Assembly (NCBI GenBank): GCA_024231025.1
Contig: JAAEQW010000120.1
Span: 66,324-130,323, forward strand
From: Candidatus Omnitrophota bacterium
GTDB taxonomy: Bacteria > Omnitrophota > Gorgyraeia > Duberdicusellales > 4484-171
Length of the DNA stretch: 64,000 nucleotides
Direction of reading: 5' to 3'
The notes below the pieces were generated by a model that saw only the letters and a list, made by a program, of their open reading frames with translations, was not told the origin of the DNA and ran no database searches. Shown one piece after another: positions 20,249 to 30,669 of this stretch (the first letter of the stretch is position 1; every line of letters starts with the position of its first letter). Both the position numbers and the translations under genes were made by a program.

Positions 20249-21193
20249 TTACCGCAGAATTTTGCCTTCTCCTGTGTCCCTTTGGAAAAACCCCATAAGA
20301 AAACCTAAAAATATATAGAAAAAAACAGCAATTACACCGGCAACTAAAATTCTATGGCCTCTGTTATGCCCAATCATCTCCATTGACGAAGAGATAATTT
20401 CAACTTCATCCAACTCCGCCGCCTTAACGGCTAGTGCTTCTTCATGTTTTTGCGTTAAAATTTCATACGCCATTTTATTTTTTTTCATTTTTTGATTTAA
20501 CTTAGCTAGTCTTGCTTCTTTTCTTTTTACGTCTCTTTCTAATCTAGATATTTTTCGCGTAAATTTAAAACCGAAGAAACCGCAGCTCTTTTCATTTTCC
20601 TTCATATTTTTCGTGTCATTCTTCATCTTTGCGCTCATTAAATCCAACCCGCTTTCAAGCTGAAACTCCTCAACTAATTCCTTACTCTGGGTAAAATTCT
20701 GACGAGCAGTCTCAAGCTTCTTGGGCATACTTTTTCTTAGGGACTCTTTTAGTTGTTTCCCCTGGTACCCCTGATATATCTTCGCCCACGCATAAGCTAT
20801 TTCTAATACCTTCTTAGGGCTGGCATCTATAACCTGTAGTTGTAAAATATTTGCGTTTGCTGATTCTTTAATATTCAACTTTTGCGATTTATCTTTCTGC
20901 GTTAATTGTTTTCCAGATTTATTTTTTAAATCTAGTTTATTAGCTAACATCTCCAAGGCTGCTTTCGGATCTAAACACATTTCATCAACACAAAACCTAC
21001 TTAGGTCTTTGATTGATAGCACACGAACCGAAACTGTCGCCCGATAAACCTCCGGCATTAAAAAAGTAACTCCGCCAATAACGACTGTTGCAAACAAAAA
21101 AACAGATAAGGCTATCCTCTTTTTATCACTAATAAAGCTATCAGCAACTTGCAAAAGGCCTCTCTTTTTTTGTAGATTATGTTGTTTTCCCAT
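20249..21193 (-). CDS. Wzz/GumC-like polysaccharide co-polymerase (chain-length determinant) candidate
   Basis: N-terminal TM helix (IALSVFLFATVVIGGVTFLMP), long coiled-coil/periplasmic region, C-terminal TM helix (ILVAGVIAVFFYIFLGFLMGFF). This is PCP topology. No kinase domain. Confidence 0.45.
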   Translation of the reverse strand: MGKQHNLQKKRGLLQVADSFISDKKRIALSVFLFATVVIGGVTFLMPEVYRATVSVRVLSIKDLSRFCVDEMCLDPKAALEMLANKLDLKNKSGKQLTQKDKSQKLNIKESANANILQLQVIDASPKKVLEIAYAWAKIYQGYQGKQLKESLRKSMPKKLETARQNFTQSKELVEEFQLESGLDLMSAKMKNDTKNMKENEKSCGFFGFKFTRKISRLERDVKRKEARLAKLNQKMKKNKMAYEILTQKHEEALAVKAAELDEVEIISSSMEMIGHNRGHRILVAGVIAVFFYIFLGFLMGFFQRDTGEGKILR

Positions 21194-21213
21194 TGATCCT
21201 TTTTTTACGCCTC

Positions 21214-21537
21214 TTAGCTAGCTGGTATTTTTTCTAATTCTTCCTTTAACTTTAGATACTCCTTCTCTTTTCTTTTTAAAAAATAATAAGTAAGCTGCAA
21301 TTTATGCTCTAGACCTTTTCCGGTTAGCATATACTTAACTTTTCTGATTTTTTGGTTTTTAATGGTGAAGTTTTTGATTTCAACCAAGCCTCTGGTAACC
21401 AAAGACTTAAGAAGATAATTAGTCTTACCTAAGGAAACTCCCAAGGAATGTGACAGTTCTCTTTGGCTTGAACCTTCCGTTGACGATAAGACTCGAAGAA
21501 TATTTAGAATGTCTTCTTTGATATGGTGTTCATTCAT
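21214..21537 (-). CDS. MarR-like winged-helix transcriptional regulator (EPS-associated MarR type)
   Basis: 107 aa. wHTH region SQRELSHSLGVSLGKTNYLLKSLVTRGLVEI. Sits at the head of the polysaccharide gene string, as MarR-EPS regulators typically do. Confidence 0.55.
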   Translation of the reverse strand: MNEHHIKEDILNILRVLSSTEGSSQRELSHSLGVSLGKTNYLLKSLVTRGLVEIKNFTIKNQKIRKVKYMLTGKGLEHKLQLTYYFLKRKEKEYLKLKEELEKIPAS

Positions 21538-21587
21538 TGAACACTATTATAAAAGAAAAGGAGAAGCTGTCAATTGTTTTATAGCGG

Positions 21588-22715
21588 CTAGGTATAGAAG
21601 TCACAAACCTTTCTGGCGACACAAGTTACGGCTGGCTGCTTCATCATAGGAAAGACTGGTAAGGTTAGAATTTCATTAAGTACAGCTTTACAATTATTAA
21701 GTGAGCCTGCAATCCGGCATCTTCTAAACGCCTTCATTTCCGGCAAAATTACCGGATAATAAACGCGTGCCCCGATGCCGCTATTATTAAGGTAAGTAAG
21801 TAGCTTATTTCTTTTCGAAGATACTTTTATGGTATACAAATTATACACATGTTTCATTCCCTTTGGCTCACTTGGGCATTGCATGCTTTTTACACTCTTA
21901 AAAACTTTATTGTAATTAGCGGCTACTTTGCGACGTAGGTTATTAAATTTATCCACATATTTCAACTTTACCAGAAGAATTGCCGCCTGCATTGAATCCA
22001 AGCGAGAGTTATACCCTATAAAGTCAGCATCATAAGCGGTGCGTTGGCCATGATTACGTAAAATTTTAATGTTGTCGGCAATTTTACCGTTATTAGTTGC
22101 GATTAATCCTCCATCACCAAAGGCCCCTAAATTTTTTGAAGGAAAAAAGCTATAACAGCCACAATCTCCGATCGTTCCTAATTTCTTATCATTACAGCTG
22201 CCACCAAAAGCTTGTGCAGCATCTTCTACAATAAATAATTTGTTTTCACGGGCGATTTTTTTAATCTCAACCATCGCAGCGCTCAAACCATACAAATGCA
22301 CCGGCATAATCCCAACGGTGTTTTTGTTAATTGCCTGTTTTATTTTTTTCGGATCAATGTTAAAAGTATCATAATCAATATCCACAAAAACAGGGCTCGC
22401 CCCAGAGCGCACTATCGCTTCAGCCGTTGCAATAAAAGTAAAAGGAGTGGTTACAATTTCATCCTTTTTGTCAAAATGGTCCTTGCCTTTAAGCTTTACC
22501 GCTAAAGCCTTTAATGACAAAATTAAAGCGTCAGTTCCTGACGCAACACCAACTGCGTACTTTACCCCTAAATATTTTGCCACCTCTTTTTCAAACGCAA
22601 GTTCTTTAGGCCCTAAGATCCAAGATTGTGTCTGAAAACAAGATTTTAGCTCTTCGCTAATTTCTTTTTTAAAAATTTTGTATTCGTCAGATAAATCTAA
22701 AATTGGAATATTCAT
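21588..22715 (-). CDS. DegT/DnrJ/EryC1/StrS family PLP-dependent sugar aminotransferase
   Basis: YAVGVASGTDALILSL, PLP-lysine region SFFPSKNLGAFGDGG. 375 aa. Confidence 0.75.
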   Translation of the reverse strand: MNIPILDLSDEYKIFKKEISEELKSCFQTQSWILGPKELAFEKEVAKYLGVKYAVGVASGTDALILSLKALAVKLKGKDHFDKKDEIVTTPFTFIATAEAIVRSGASPVFVDIDYDTFNIDPKKIKQAINKNTVGIMPVHLYGLSAAMVEIKKIARENKLFIVEDAAQAFGGSCNDKKLGTIGDCGCYSFFPSKNLGAFGDGGLIATNNGKIADNIKILRNHGQRTAYDADFIGYNSRLDSMQAAILLVKLKYVDKFNNLRRKVAANYNKVFKSVKSMQCPSEPKGMKHVYNLYTIKVSSKRNKLLTYLNNSGIGARVYYPVILPEMKAFRRCRIAGSLNNCKAVLNEILTLPVFPMMKQPAVTCVARKVCDFYT

Positions 22716-22716
22716 T

Positions 22717-23643
22717 CTATTTACTTTTAAAGTATTCGATGGTACGTATGAGACCCTTTTTTAATGGCACCTTCGGGGTCCATTTTAAGTGTTTTTTCGC
22801 CTTCGTTATATCAGGACACCTTCTTTGAGGGTCATCTTCCGGTAATGGTAAGAACTTTATTTTCGACTTTGACTTTATTAAAACCTTAACCATCTGTGCA
22901 AGACCAATAACTTTAAGTTCCGTAGGATTTCCTAAATTCAAAGGCAAGCTATAGTCAGCTACCATCATTTTAATTATCCCGGCAATAAGATCGTCAATAT
23001 AGCAGAACGAACGGGTTTGCTCGCCTTTGCCATATATGGTAATATCCTCACCTTCAAGCACCTGATTAATAAAATTTGAAACAACCCTGCCATCATCTTT
23101 CTGCATATTCGGACCGTAAGTATTAAAAATACGAACAACTCTAACATCAAGGTCATGCATTTTTTTATAAGCATATGTAAAGGCCTCTGCGCCACGTTTA
23201 CTTTCGTCATAGCAGGAGCGCACACCGATAGAATTAACATTGCCCCAATATTGTTCACTTTGCGGATGCTCTAGGGGATCGCCATAAACTTCTGATGTTG
23301 ACGCTAAAAAAAACTTTGCCCTTTTTTCCTTGGCTAGCCCCAAGCAATTATGCGTACCAAGTAACCCCGATTTCAAGGTATGTATTGGATGTTTTAGGTA
23401 ATACCTTGGAGAAGCAAGAGAAGCGAAATGCATTACCCAATCTAACTGACCATCAATATAAAGTTCATCAGCAATATCGTGCTCGATAAGCTTAAACTCC
23501 TTATTCTCGAGAAGATCGCTTACGTTATCTTTTGAGCCAGTAATAAAATTGTCCACACAAATTACAGAATTGCCATATTCTAATAATTTCCTACACAAGT
23601 GCGAACCGATAAACCCTGCCCCGCCGGTAATTAGCACTCTCAT
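22717..23643 (-). CDS. UDP-glucuronate decarboxylase (UDP-xylose synthase-like / ArnA C-terminal-like SDR)
   Basis: MRVLITGGAGFIGSHLC...VICVDNFITGSK...EHDIA. Y145xxxK (YDESKRGAE). 308 aa. Confidence 0.7.
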   Translation of the reverse strand: MRVLITGGAGFIGSHLCRKLLEYGNSVICVDNFITGSKDNVSDLLENKEFKLIEHDIADELYIDGQLDWVMHFASLASPRYYLKHPIHTLKSGLLGTHNCLGLAKEKRAKFFLASTSEVYGDPLEHPQSEQYWGNVNSIGVRSCYDESKRGAEAFTYAYKKMHDLDVRVVRIFNTYGPNMQKDDGRVVSNFINQVLEGEDITIYGKGEQTRSFCYIDDLIAGIIKMMVADYSLPLNLGNPTELKVIGLAQMVKVLIKSKSKIKFLPLPEDDPQRRCPDITKAKKHLKWTPKVPLKKGLIRTIEYFKSK

Positions 23644-23645
23644 AA

Positions 23646-24950
23646 TTAAAGACCCCTTATGTTATCAAATTTCTTTTTATAAGTGTTTCGTGTATCAAAA
23701 ACAAGTTTGGCGTTCTTCCTTATAAACTCATAGTTCACTCCGGTATGTGCAGTAATCAAGGCAACGCAATCATATTGAGCTAATACTTTTTTAGTTAAAC
23801 GCACTGCTTTTAAATTTATGGTTCCTATTTTTAAATAAGGTACCAGCGGATCGTAATAGTCTACCTTAATTTTATTTTTCATAAATCCTTCGATAATATC
23901 CAGCGCTGGTGACTCTCGTAAATCATTAACGTCTTTCTTATAAGTAACGCCTAAAATCAAAACTTTTGCCGTTGTTATAGGGATCTTTCTCTCAGTTAAC
24001 AAATCTTTTACTTTACAAACAATGTGTTTGGGCATGAAATGATTAACTTCTACCGCCAAATCAATCATTTTCGTTTTAAAGCCTAGTTTTTTTGCCTTCC
24101 ATGATAAATATACCGGATCTGCTGGAAGACAATGCCCGCCCGCGCCTGGACCAGGATAAAAAGGCATAAACCCAAATGGTTTTGTTTTGGCCGCCTCAAT
24201 CACTTCCCAAACATCTATACCCATCTTATGGCAAATCATGGCAAATTCGTTTGCTAGGCCAATATTAACCAATCTAAATGTATTCTCTAAAAGTTTGCTG
24301 GTTTCGGCAACTTCAGGCGATGAAACAACGACCACATCTTTAATAATTCGTGAGTATAAGGCCTTCGCTAACTCACTCGATTTAGCTGACAGACCCCCAA
24401 CAACTTTTGGTATTTTTGTTAAAGGATATTTCTTGTCCCCCGGATTAACTCGTTCCGGTGAAAAGCATAGAAAAAAATCATGCCCTTCTTTTAAGCCGCT
24501 TTTTTTTAATTCCGGTAAAACTACTTCACGAGTTGTAGCCGGGTATGATGTACTTTCCAACACAACTAACTGGTTGGATTTTAAATTTTTTCTTATAGTT
24601 GCGCTCGCCTTTACAACATAGGAAATATCCGGTATCTTTATTTTACGCAATGGCGTTGGCACACAAATTATAACAACATCAGCCTTAGCTATAATCTTAT
24701 TGTTTTCAGACGGGTGAAGTTTACCACTCTTTATAAGTTTGGTAACGTCATTAGGGTCAATATCGGCTATATATTTAACGCCTTTTTGTAATCTTTGCAC
24801 TTTTATCGAGCTGGTGTCAAACCCATAAACAAAATATCCTTTTTTGGCAAAAGCAACAGCTAAAGGGAGCCCTACATAGCCCATGCCAATAACGCAAATC
24901 TTTGCTGTCTTTTTATTAATTTTGTCTTTTAGTATTCTGTAACTATTCAT
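23646..24950 (-). CDS. nucleotide-sugar dehydrogenase (UDP-N-acetyl-D-mannosamine/glucosamine dehydrogenase family)
   Basis: KICVIGMGYVGLPLAVAFA N-terminal NAD motif, catalytic Cys region (GPGAGGHCLPAD), C-terminal UDP-binding domain. Confidence 0.75.
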   Translation of the reverse strand: MNSYRILKDKINKKTAKICVIGMGYVGLPLAVAFAKKGYFVYGFDTSSIKVQRLQKGVKYIADIDPNDVTKLIKSGKLHPSENNKIIAKADVVIICVPTPLRKIKIPDISYVVKASATIRKNLKSNQLVVLESTSYPATTREVVLPELKKSGLKEGHDFFLCFSPERVNPGDKKYPLTKIPKVVGGLSAKSSELAKALYSRIIKDVVVVSSPEVAETSKLLENTFRLVNIGLANEFAMICHKMGIDVWEVIEAAKTKPFGFMPFYPGPGAGGHCLPADPVYLSWKAKKLGFKTKMIDLAVEVNHFMPKHIVCKVKDLLTERKIPITTAKVLILGVTYKKDVNDLRESPALDIIEGFMKNKIKVDYYDPLVPYLKIGTINLKAVRLTKKVLAQYDCVALITAHTGVNYEFIRKNAKLVFDTRNTYKKKFDNIRGL

Positions 24951-25032
24951 AAAAAACCCCGTGACGTATTTTCGCAGATTCTTTTTATTCCGTCAATGGA
25001 CAAAATAATTAATCCTGATTGGGAACAATGCG

Positions 25033-26157
25033 TTAGGCTAAATAATCTTTAGTTATCGCCGTAACATATTTACCAATGGCAAGGGCCGCTGTTAGGCCTG
25101 GGGACTCTATCCCAATAAGATTTATTAAACCGGGAAATCCGTTATTTTTTTCATGATTTATTATAAAATCTTTTACCCCTTCACCACTTATTTTAGGCCT
25201 TATTCCCGCCATATCGGCAGCCAGGGCTGTTCTCTCCAAGCCACCGATCAACGCCTTAGCCTTTTCATAAAAAATGTCCCCTTTGCAATTATCAACTTGG
25301 TAATCTATTTCATCAACATATTCAATATCCGGCCCAAAACGTAAATGGCCCGCCAAATCTATTGTAGCGTGCACGCCTAATCCTTTTAAATCTTTTTGCG
25401 GCACCGGATAAATAAGCCTCTTTACCGGTGAAGGTTTAGAGTAAGAAAAATATGACCCCTTGCAATAGGCCAATTTGTAATCAAGCGCATCAATACTGAG
25501 ACCAACTAAACCAGCAACAATGTCTGAGCCCAGTCCGGCTGAATTAATAACTACTCGTGAAGAAAAAATATAATCATCATCTTTTTGACTTACGACATAC
25601 TTATCCAATTGTTTTTCGATATTTGATATTTCGCTATTAAATGCAAAAGTTACCCCTAAAGCCTTCGCTTTGCGATATAAGCTCTTCATCAAAGAATGAG
25701 AATCAACAATGCCAGTATTTGGTAAATAAAGCGCCGAATAAGCTTTAACCATCGGTTCTAAGTTGTTTGCTTCATTCCTGGTTAATAGGCTTAATCCGCG
25801 AATATCTCTTTTGACACCCAAATCATATAAACAATCTAATTGAGCTTGCTCTTGGGCGTTTAGAGCAACTATTAACTTGCCTAACTTATTATAATTAATC
25901 TGATTTTTATCGCAATAATCATAAAGCAATTGCGCCCCTTGCAGACACAGTTTCATCTTTAACGATCCTTGCGGATAATAAATACCGGAATGGACAACTT
26001 CGCTATTACGACTACTGCTTTCCTGTCCAAAGGTTTGATTTTTATCAACGACTACTATGTTTTTGAAATTTTCGGATAATTGTGCAGCTATCGCAAGACC
26101 GACCACCCCAGCCCCAATGATGGTTATGCCTACCTCATCCATGTCTGGAGCCAACAA
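25033..26157 (-). CDS. FAD-dependent oxidoreductase (L-2-hydroxyglutarate oxidase LhgO / DAO family-like)
   Basis: GxGxxG ITIIGAGVVGLAIA, SSRNSEVVHSGIYY motif typical of LhgO-like flavoenzymes. Start likely at internal Met (MDEVG). Confidence 0.55.
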   Translation of the reverse strand: MLAPDMDEVGITIIGAGVVGLAIAAQLSENFKNIVVVDKNQTFGQESSSRNSEVVHSGIYYPQGSLKMKLCLQGAQLLYDYCDKNQINYNKLGKLIVALNAQEQAQLDCLYDLGVKRDIRGLSLLTRNEANNLEPMVKAYSALYLPNTGIVDSHSLMKSLYRKAKALGVTFAFNSEISNIEKQLDKYVVSQKDDDYIFSSRVVINSAGLGSDIVAGLVGLSIDALDYKLAYCKGSYFSYSKPSPVKRLIYPVPQKDLKGLGVHATIDLAGHLRFGPDIEYVDEIDYQVDNCKGDIFYEKAKALIGGLERTALAADMAGIRPKISGEGVKDFIINHEKNNGFPGLINLIGIESPGLTAALAIGKYVTAITKDYLA

Positions 26158-26211
26158 CGCAGATTTTTGTTAATCTTTTATCAACTTTATCTTTTGAAAT
26201 TTTACAATTAT

Positions 26212-27516
26212 TCATTTTCCTCTACCTAAACCAATATATTCAAATCCAGCGGCAATTAGCTTTACTGGATCAAGCATATTTCTTCCATCAGCGATTAGGG
26301 CGTTGTTCATGGTTTTTTTGATTTTTTTGAAATCAAGTGCTAAAAACTGCTTCCACTCAGTTAAAAAACAAACACAATCGCACCCCTTAACTGCCGCATA
26401 CGCATCTTTGGCAAACATGATTTTTTTACTTTTAAATATATTTTTTGCCTCATTCATAGCTTTCGGATCATAAAGAGTAAGCTCTGCTCCTTCTTTCTCT
26501 AATGTTTTAACGATATTGATTGACGGAGCAAAACGCATATCGTCGGTATTGGGCTTAAAAGATAAACCCAATATGGCAATTTTTTTACCTCTAATGACCC
26601 ACAGCCTCTCTCGTATTTTTTCGGTAAAATAAAGTTGTTGTTCGTGGTTGATTTTTGTAACTTCTTTAAGAAAGGAAAAATCATAGCCTAGCTTTTTAGA
26701 TATATAAGCAAACGCTTCAACATCCTTTGGAAAACAAAAACCCCCCCACCCGATACCTGCGGATAAAAAATCTCCTCCGATTCTTTTATCAAGCCCCATC
26801 GCTTGAGATACTTTTTCGACATCGGCACCGGCCTTATCGCAAACCCTTGAAACAGCATTAATAAAAGAAATTTTACTGGCTAAAAATGAATTTGAAGCAT
26901 GCTTAATAATTTCGGCAGTGTTAACATCGGTAACAATTATTTTGGTCTTTAATTTAGAGTATATTTGGCGCAAAATTGTTTCAGCCTGTTTTGAATCAAC
27001 TCCCAAAACTATTCTATCCGGGTAAAATGAATCATGCACTGCTTTGCCTTCTCTTAAGAATTCCGGGTTAGAAGCGACATCATATGTTGCATCACCTTTT
27101 TTGTATCTTGCAATAGTCTCTTTAATTTTTTTACCGGTTTGAACCGGCACCGTTGATTTTTCAACAATCAATTTATATGAATTAAGATTTTTAGCAATTA
27201 CTCTGGCTACATCCTCAATCGCACTTAAGTCGGCAGAACCATCACTCTTGGGAGGAGTGCCTACAGCAATAAATATTACTTTTGATTTTTTTATGCTGTT
27301 ATCCAAAGAGTCCGAGAAAACAAGCCGCTTGCTATTGGCAGTTTTCTTAACCAGCGTAGCAAGCTTAGGCTCATAAAAAGGCATTTTTCCTTTCTTTAAG
27401 AGTGCGATCTTTGCGCTATCATTATCAACACAAATAACACTATGGCCCATTTGCGCAAAACAAGCCGCTGCAACCAAACCAACGTGCCCCCCGCCAATTA
27501 CACAAATTCTATGCAT
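26212..27516 (-). CDS. ugd: UDP-glucose 6-dehydrogenase
   Basis: RICVIGGGHVGLVAAACFA, catalytic GGFCFPKD, C-terminal UDP-binding region. 434 aa. Confidence 0.8.
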   Translation of the reverse strand: MHRICVIGGGHVGLVAAACFAQMGHSVICVDNDSAKIALLKKGKMPFYEPKLATLVKKTANSKRLVFSDSLDNSIKKSKVIFIAVGTPPKSDGSADLSAIEDVARVIAKNLNSYKLIVEKSTVPVQTGKKIKETIARYKKGDATYDVASNPEFLREGKAVHDSFYPDRIVLGVDSKQAETILRQIYSKLKTKIIVTDVNTAEIIKHASNSFLASKISFINAVSRVCDKAGADVEKVSQAMGLDKRIGGDFLSAGIGWGGFCFPKDVEAFAYISKKLGYDFSFLKEVTKINHEQQLYFTEKIRERLWVIRGKKIAILGLSFKPNTDDMRFAPSINIVKTLEKEGAELTLYDPKAMNEAKNIFKSKKIMFAKDAYAAVKGCDCVCFLTEWKQFLALDFKKIKKTMNNALIADGRNMLDPVKLIAAGFEYIGLGRGK

Positions 27517-27518
27517 TT

Positions 27519-29669
27519 TTAATAATCCTTTCTTGCCCCTTCGTAACTATGGTCAAACCCTAAATGAAGATCAGGAAAATCTTTTAAAGTGAAAACTAAC
27601 CAAAAAGTAAACTTTCTATCTTTGTTTTCTTTCTCATCTACATCAAGTCCAACATCCATCCACCAACAATGCAAATCGGTTCTGAGAGCATATTGCTGCT
27701 CCTTAAATCTTCTATCTGTATTCTCATAACGAATATAATTTGTAAATCTAACCTTTGGTGTTAGCTGATACTCTAGGCCCAAAGTACTCTGGCTTGAATC
27801 GCTACGCGTGTATCTTTGCCCTAAAGATATTGAATATTTATTTTCTTCGGGATCGCTAAGTGTTAGGTCAACATTTACCCCTCTAAATGCACCAAGAGAA
27901 AAGTCATATTCTGTATCGGAATTTAGAGCCAATCCCGCTCTAGGGTAAATTTCTAAATCAGCCTTTATATTTTTAAAGTAACTCCCTTTTCCCTCTTCAT
28001 GAATCGCATATTCAACCGCCGGACTAAAATACAAAAATGTCCAAATTTCTTCTTGCGATTTCGCCTGCAGTTTATTGTCCAATTTAAAAATCACGCTTTC
28101 CTTCCTGACTAAGTTGTCTGTTCCGTCAAACTGGAAAAGATCAGAATTAGGAATTGTCGGCTGATGAATATAATCATACTGCAAGGTTGGCGTTAGGACA
28201 TGGCGCATAGAATCAACTGTCTTGCCAAGAATATTACCATCAACTCTAAACGTTTTATAAAGTTTAGTGCTTAAAGACGCTCCTGCGGCAGGAGTTGTGC
28301 GAGTAACATTCTCTCGGCTCGAAGAATCTTTAGAATAAAACGTGGTATAATTTCCGATGTAAGGATTAAAATACAACCACCCTACTTTTTTAGCATAGCT
28401 TAAAGTATTATGGGAATGCGCACGCATTGCATCGTGATCTACGTCAGAATTGGCAGTCTTATAACTTAAATTGCCTACTGCTGTATTTGACTCAAAGTAA
28501 AAACTGCTATTGCCTAAATTCTGCTTATAAAAATCATATTCCAATTGTGGCAGGTATTCTGTTTCACTCCAAAAACGATTCATTCTTTTCTGGCCCAACA
28601 AAGATAATGACGAGTTAGAAAAAGAATAATCAATTAAACCATAGCTCAAAGGATGGGGCTGAACTTCATACTCACGATAAAAAAAATCTTTAATGAAATA
28701 CTCATCTGAGAACTTATTGAATTCACTGGTTATTGACATCTTCGGTGAAATTTGCCAGCAGTAAGCTCCTTGAGCCTTGTAACGATCATCTTCTAAATAC
28801 TTATCCGATACCGCAGCACGCCCGGGATATATCTTAAAAAGATCGTTTCTCTTGTTGCTTCGGTACATCTCATCATCAAGATAATAATAATTGATTAGCG
28901 CCTCACCAAAATTTTTACTCTCCATCTTATGGCTTATACCTTGGCCGATTCCACGATCTTCATAAAAATCAAGATGGACCTTACCCCTATGCTCATCATT
29001 AATATGATAGCGCCAGCGAGTTAACATGTAGTTGCCCCAATCGCTCTCCTTTCCGGGTGAAATCTCAAATGGAAATGAATTATCATTCAACGGCATAACG
29101 CAATACGGTATATAAAAGAGTGGGATTTTACCCAATTTCAAAACCATGTTCTTAGCTATAATCTTTTTCCCCGGAAAAGCCACAACTCGCTTTGCTGTCA
29201 TTCGATAATGAGGCTTTTCGGCACTGCAAGTCGTAATATGGCCCCGCTTTAGAATATACTTATCGTCACCAATTCTTTGAACCTCATTAGCCTTTGCATA
29301 TAAAGGAGGAAACTCCATTTCGGTTCCAAGCATTTGCGCTTTGTTTGTGTTAAAGTTATATAAAACATTATCGCCATAGATGGTTGAGCCATCTCTTACT
29401 ATCCTTATATTTCCAGAAAGATTAGCAATATGCGTATTTGCGTCATAATCAGCGCGGTCGCAAAACAATTCAGTCCCTTGATATTTCATCTTCACGTTAC
29501 CGCAAACCTTCACTTTGCTTTCACCCTGAGCATAACTGATCTCATCACCATCAATCACAACTGGTAAAATTTCTTCTTCGCAAAAAACAGTTGGTAGACC
29601 AAAGACTAAAGACCAAAGACCAAAGACCAAAAATAACTTTATAACTCGTGATTTTCTTTGATAATTCAT
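27519..29669 (-). CDS. lptD: LPS-assembly outer membrane protein LptD (OstA family)
   Basis: Signal peptide, N-terminal OstA/LptA-like beta-jellyroll (DGDEISYAQGESKVKVCGNVKMKYQGTELFCDRADYDANT...IRIVRDGSTIYGD), long C-terminal beta-barrel with alternating aromatic residues. 716 aa. Confidence 0.7.
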   Translation of the reverse strand: MNYQRKSRVIKLFLVFGLWSLVFGLPTVFCEEEILPVVIDGDEISYAQGESKVKVCGNVKMKYQGTELFCDRADYDANTHIANLSGNIRIVRDGSTIYGDNVLYNFNTNKAQMLGTEMEFPPLYAKANEVQRIGDDKYILKRGHITTCSAEKPHYRMTAKRVVAFPGKKIIAKNMVLKLGKIPLFYIPYCVMPLNDNSFPFEISPGKESDWGNYMLTRWRYHINDEHRGKVHLDFYEDRGIGQGISHKMESKNFGEALINYYYLDDEMYRSNKRNDLFKIYPGRAAVSDKYLEDDRYKAQGAYCWQISPKMSITSEFNKFSDEYFIKDFFYREYEVQPHPLSYGLIDYSFSNSSLSLLGQKRMNRFWSETEYLPQLEYDFYKQNLGNSSFYFESNTAVGNLSYKTANSDVDHDAMRAHSHNTLSYAKKVGWLYFNPYIGNYTTFYSKDSSSRENVTRTTPAAGASLSTKLYKTFRVDGNILGKTVDSMRHVLTPTLQYDYIHQPTIPNSDLFQFDGTDNLVRKESVIFKLDNKLQAKSQEEIWTFLYFSPAVEYAIHEEGKGSYFKNIKADLEIYPRAGLALNSDTEYDFSLGAFRGVNVDLTLSDPEENKYSISLGQRYTRSDSSQSTLGLEYQLTPKVRFTNYIRYENTDRRFKEQQYALRTDLHCWWMDVGLDVDEKENKDRKFTFWLVFTLKDFPDLHLGFDHSYEGARKDY

Positions 29670-29671
29670 GA

Positions 29672-30583
29672 TTATTTTGAAAGTTTTTGTTTTGCTAAAA
29701 GACCCGCTCCAATTAAGCCGGCATTCTTTAGCTTAGCTTTTACTATTTTTGTATTTTTTGCCTGGGGCCACATTGCTTGCTTTTTTATAATTTTTAGAAG
29801 CATCGGTTTAAACACGCTCATCGCCCCGGAAACGCCTCCGCCTAAAACTATTTTATCAGGATCAAAGACATTTATCATCCCTGAAAGATACATGCCAAAA
29901 GCATAAGAAAACTCTTGCCAAACCTTAATCGCAGCCGTCTCCCCTTCTTTAGCTTTTAAGAAAATATCTTTTACTTTATTAAGAGTCTTTGCTTTTCCTT
30001 TTTTAAGTTGCGCATAACGCAAGAGTAAGTATTTATTACCCAAAAATGTCTCGATGCAACCATACCCACCGCACCCACACTTGGTGCCGGTTAAACTTAT
30101 CGGAAAATGCCCTAACTCTGCGGCACTTGTACTACCCTCTAAAATACGACCGTCCAAAATAACGGCACTGCCCAGCCCCGTTCCTAAAGTAAAAAATAAC
30201 ACTCGTTTTGCCTTCCTTGCCGCACCAAGGCAGTTTTCGGCTAAAGCGAAAACATTAGCATCATTATCCACAAAAACTGGAAGCTTTAATTCCTTTGCTA
30301 ACACCTTCTTAAGCGGATAATTTTTCCAACCATTAATATTGGGTAGGTAGTAAATAAACCCTTTTTTAATGTCAACTATTCCCGGAACCCCAATTCCAAC
30401 GCCTTTTATATCATATCCACTTAAATCAGCAACCAGTGATTTTATGCTTTCAATAAAGATCTTTTTGCTCTTTAGTCGATCTGAAACAAAAAGCTTCTTT
30501 CTCAAAACTCTACCGCTTGAGGTGACTACCCCCGCCTTAATGTATGTTCCGCCCCAATCAATACCTAAAAAATAGTCCATCAA
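29672..30583 (-). CDS. ROK family sugar kinase (glucokinase-like)
   Basis: N-terminal LGIDWGGTYIKAGVV (actin-like ATPase phosphate-1), ROK zinc motif CGCGGYGCIE. Confidence 0.75.
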   Translation of the reverse strand: MMDYFLGIDWGGTYIKAGVVTSSGRVLRKKLFVSDRLKSKKIFIESIKSLVADLSGYDIKGVGIGVPGIVDIKKGFIYYLPNINGWKNYPLKKVLAKELKLPVFVDNDANVFALAENCLGAARKAKRVLFFTLGTGLGSAVILDGRILEGSTSAAELGHFPISLTGTKCGCGGYGCIETFLGNKYLLLRYAQLKKGKAKTLNKVKDIFLKAKEGETAAIKVWQEFSYAFGMYLSGMINVFDPDKIVLGGGVSGAMSVFKPMLLKIIKKQAMWPQAKNTKIVKAKLKNAGLIGAGLLAKQKLSK

Positions 30584-30669
30584 CTTATTATTCTACCTAT
30601 ATAGCAACCCTTCTGTCAACCATCAACTCAGAATAATCGAAAATAAAATGCCTTCTGTTGCTTTAGTGC

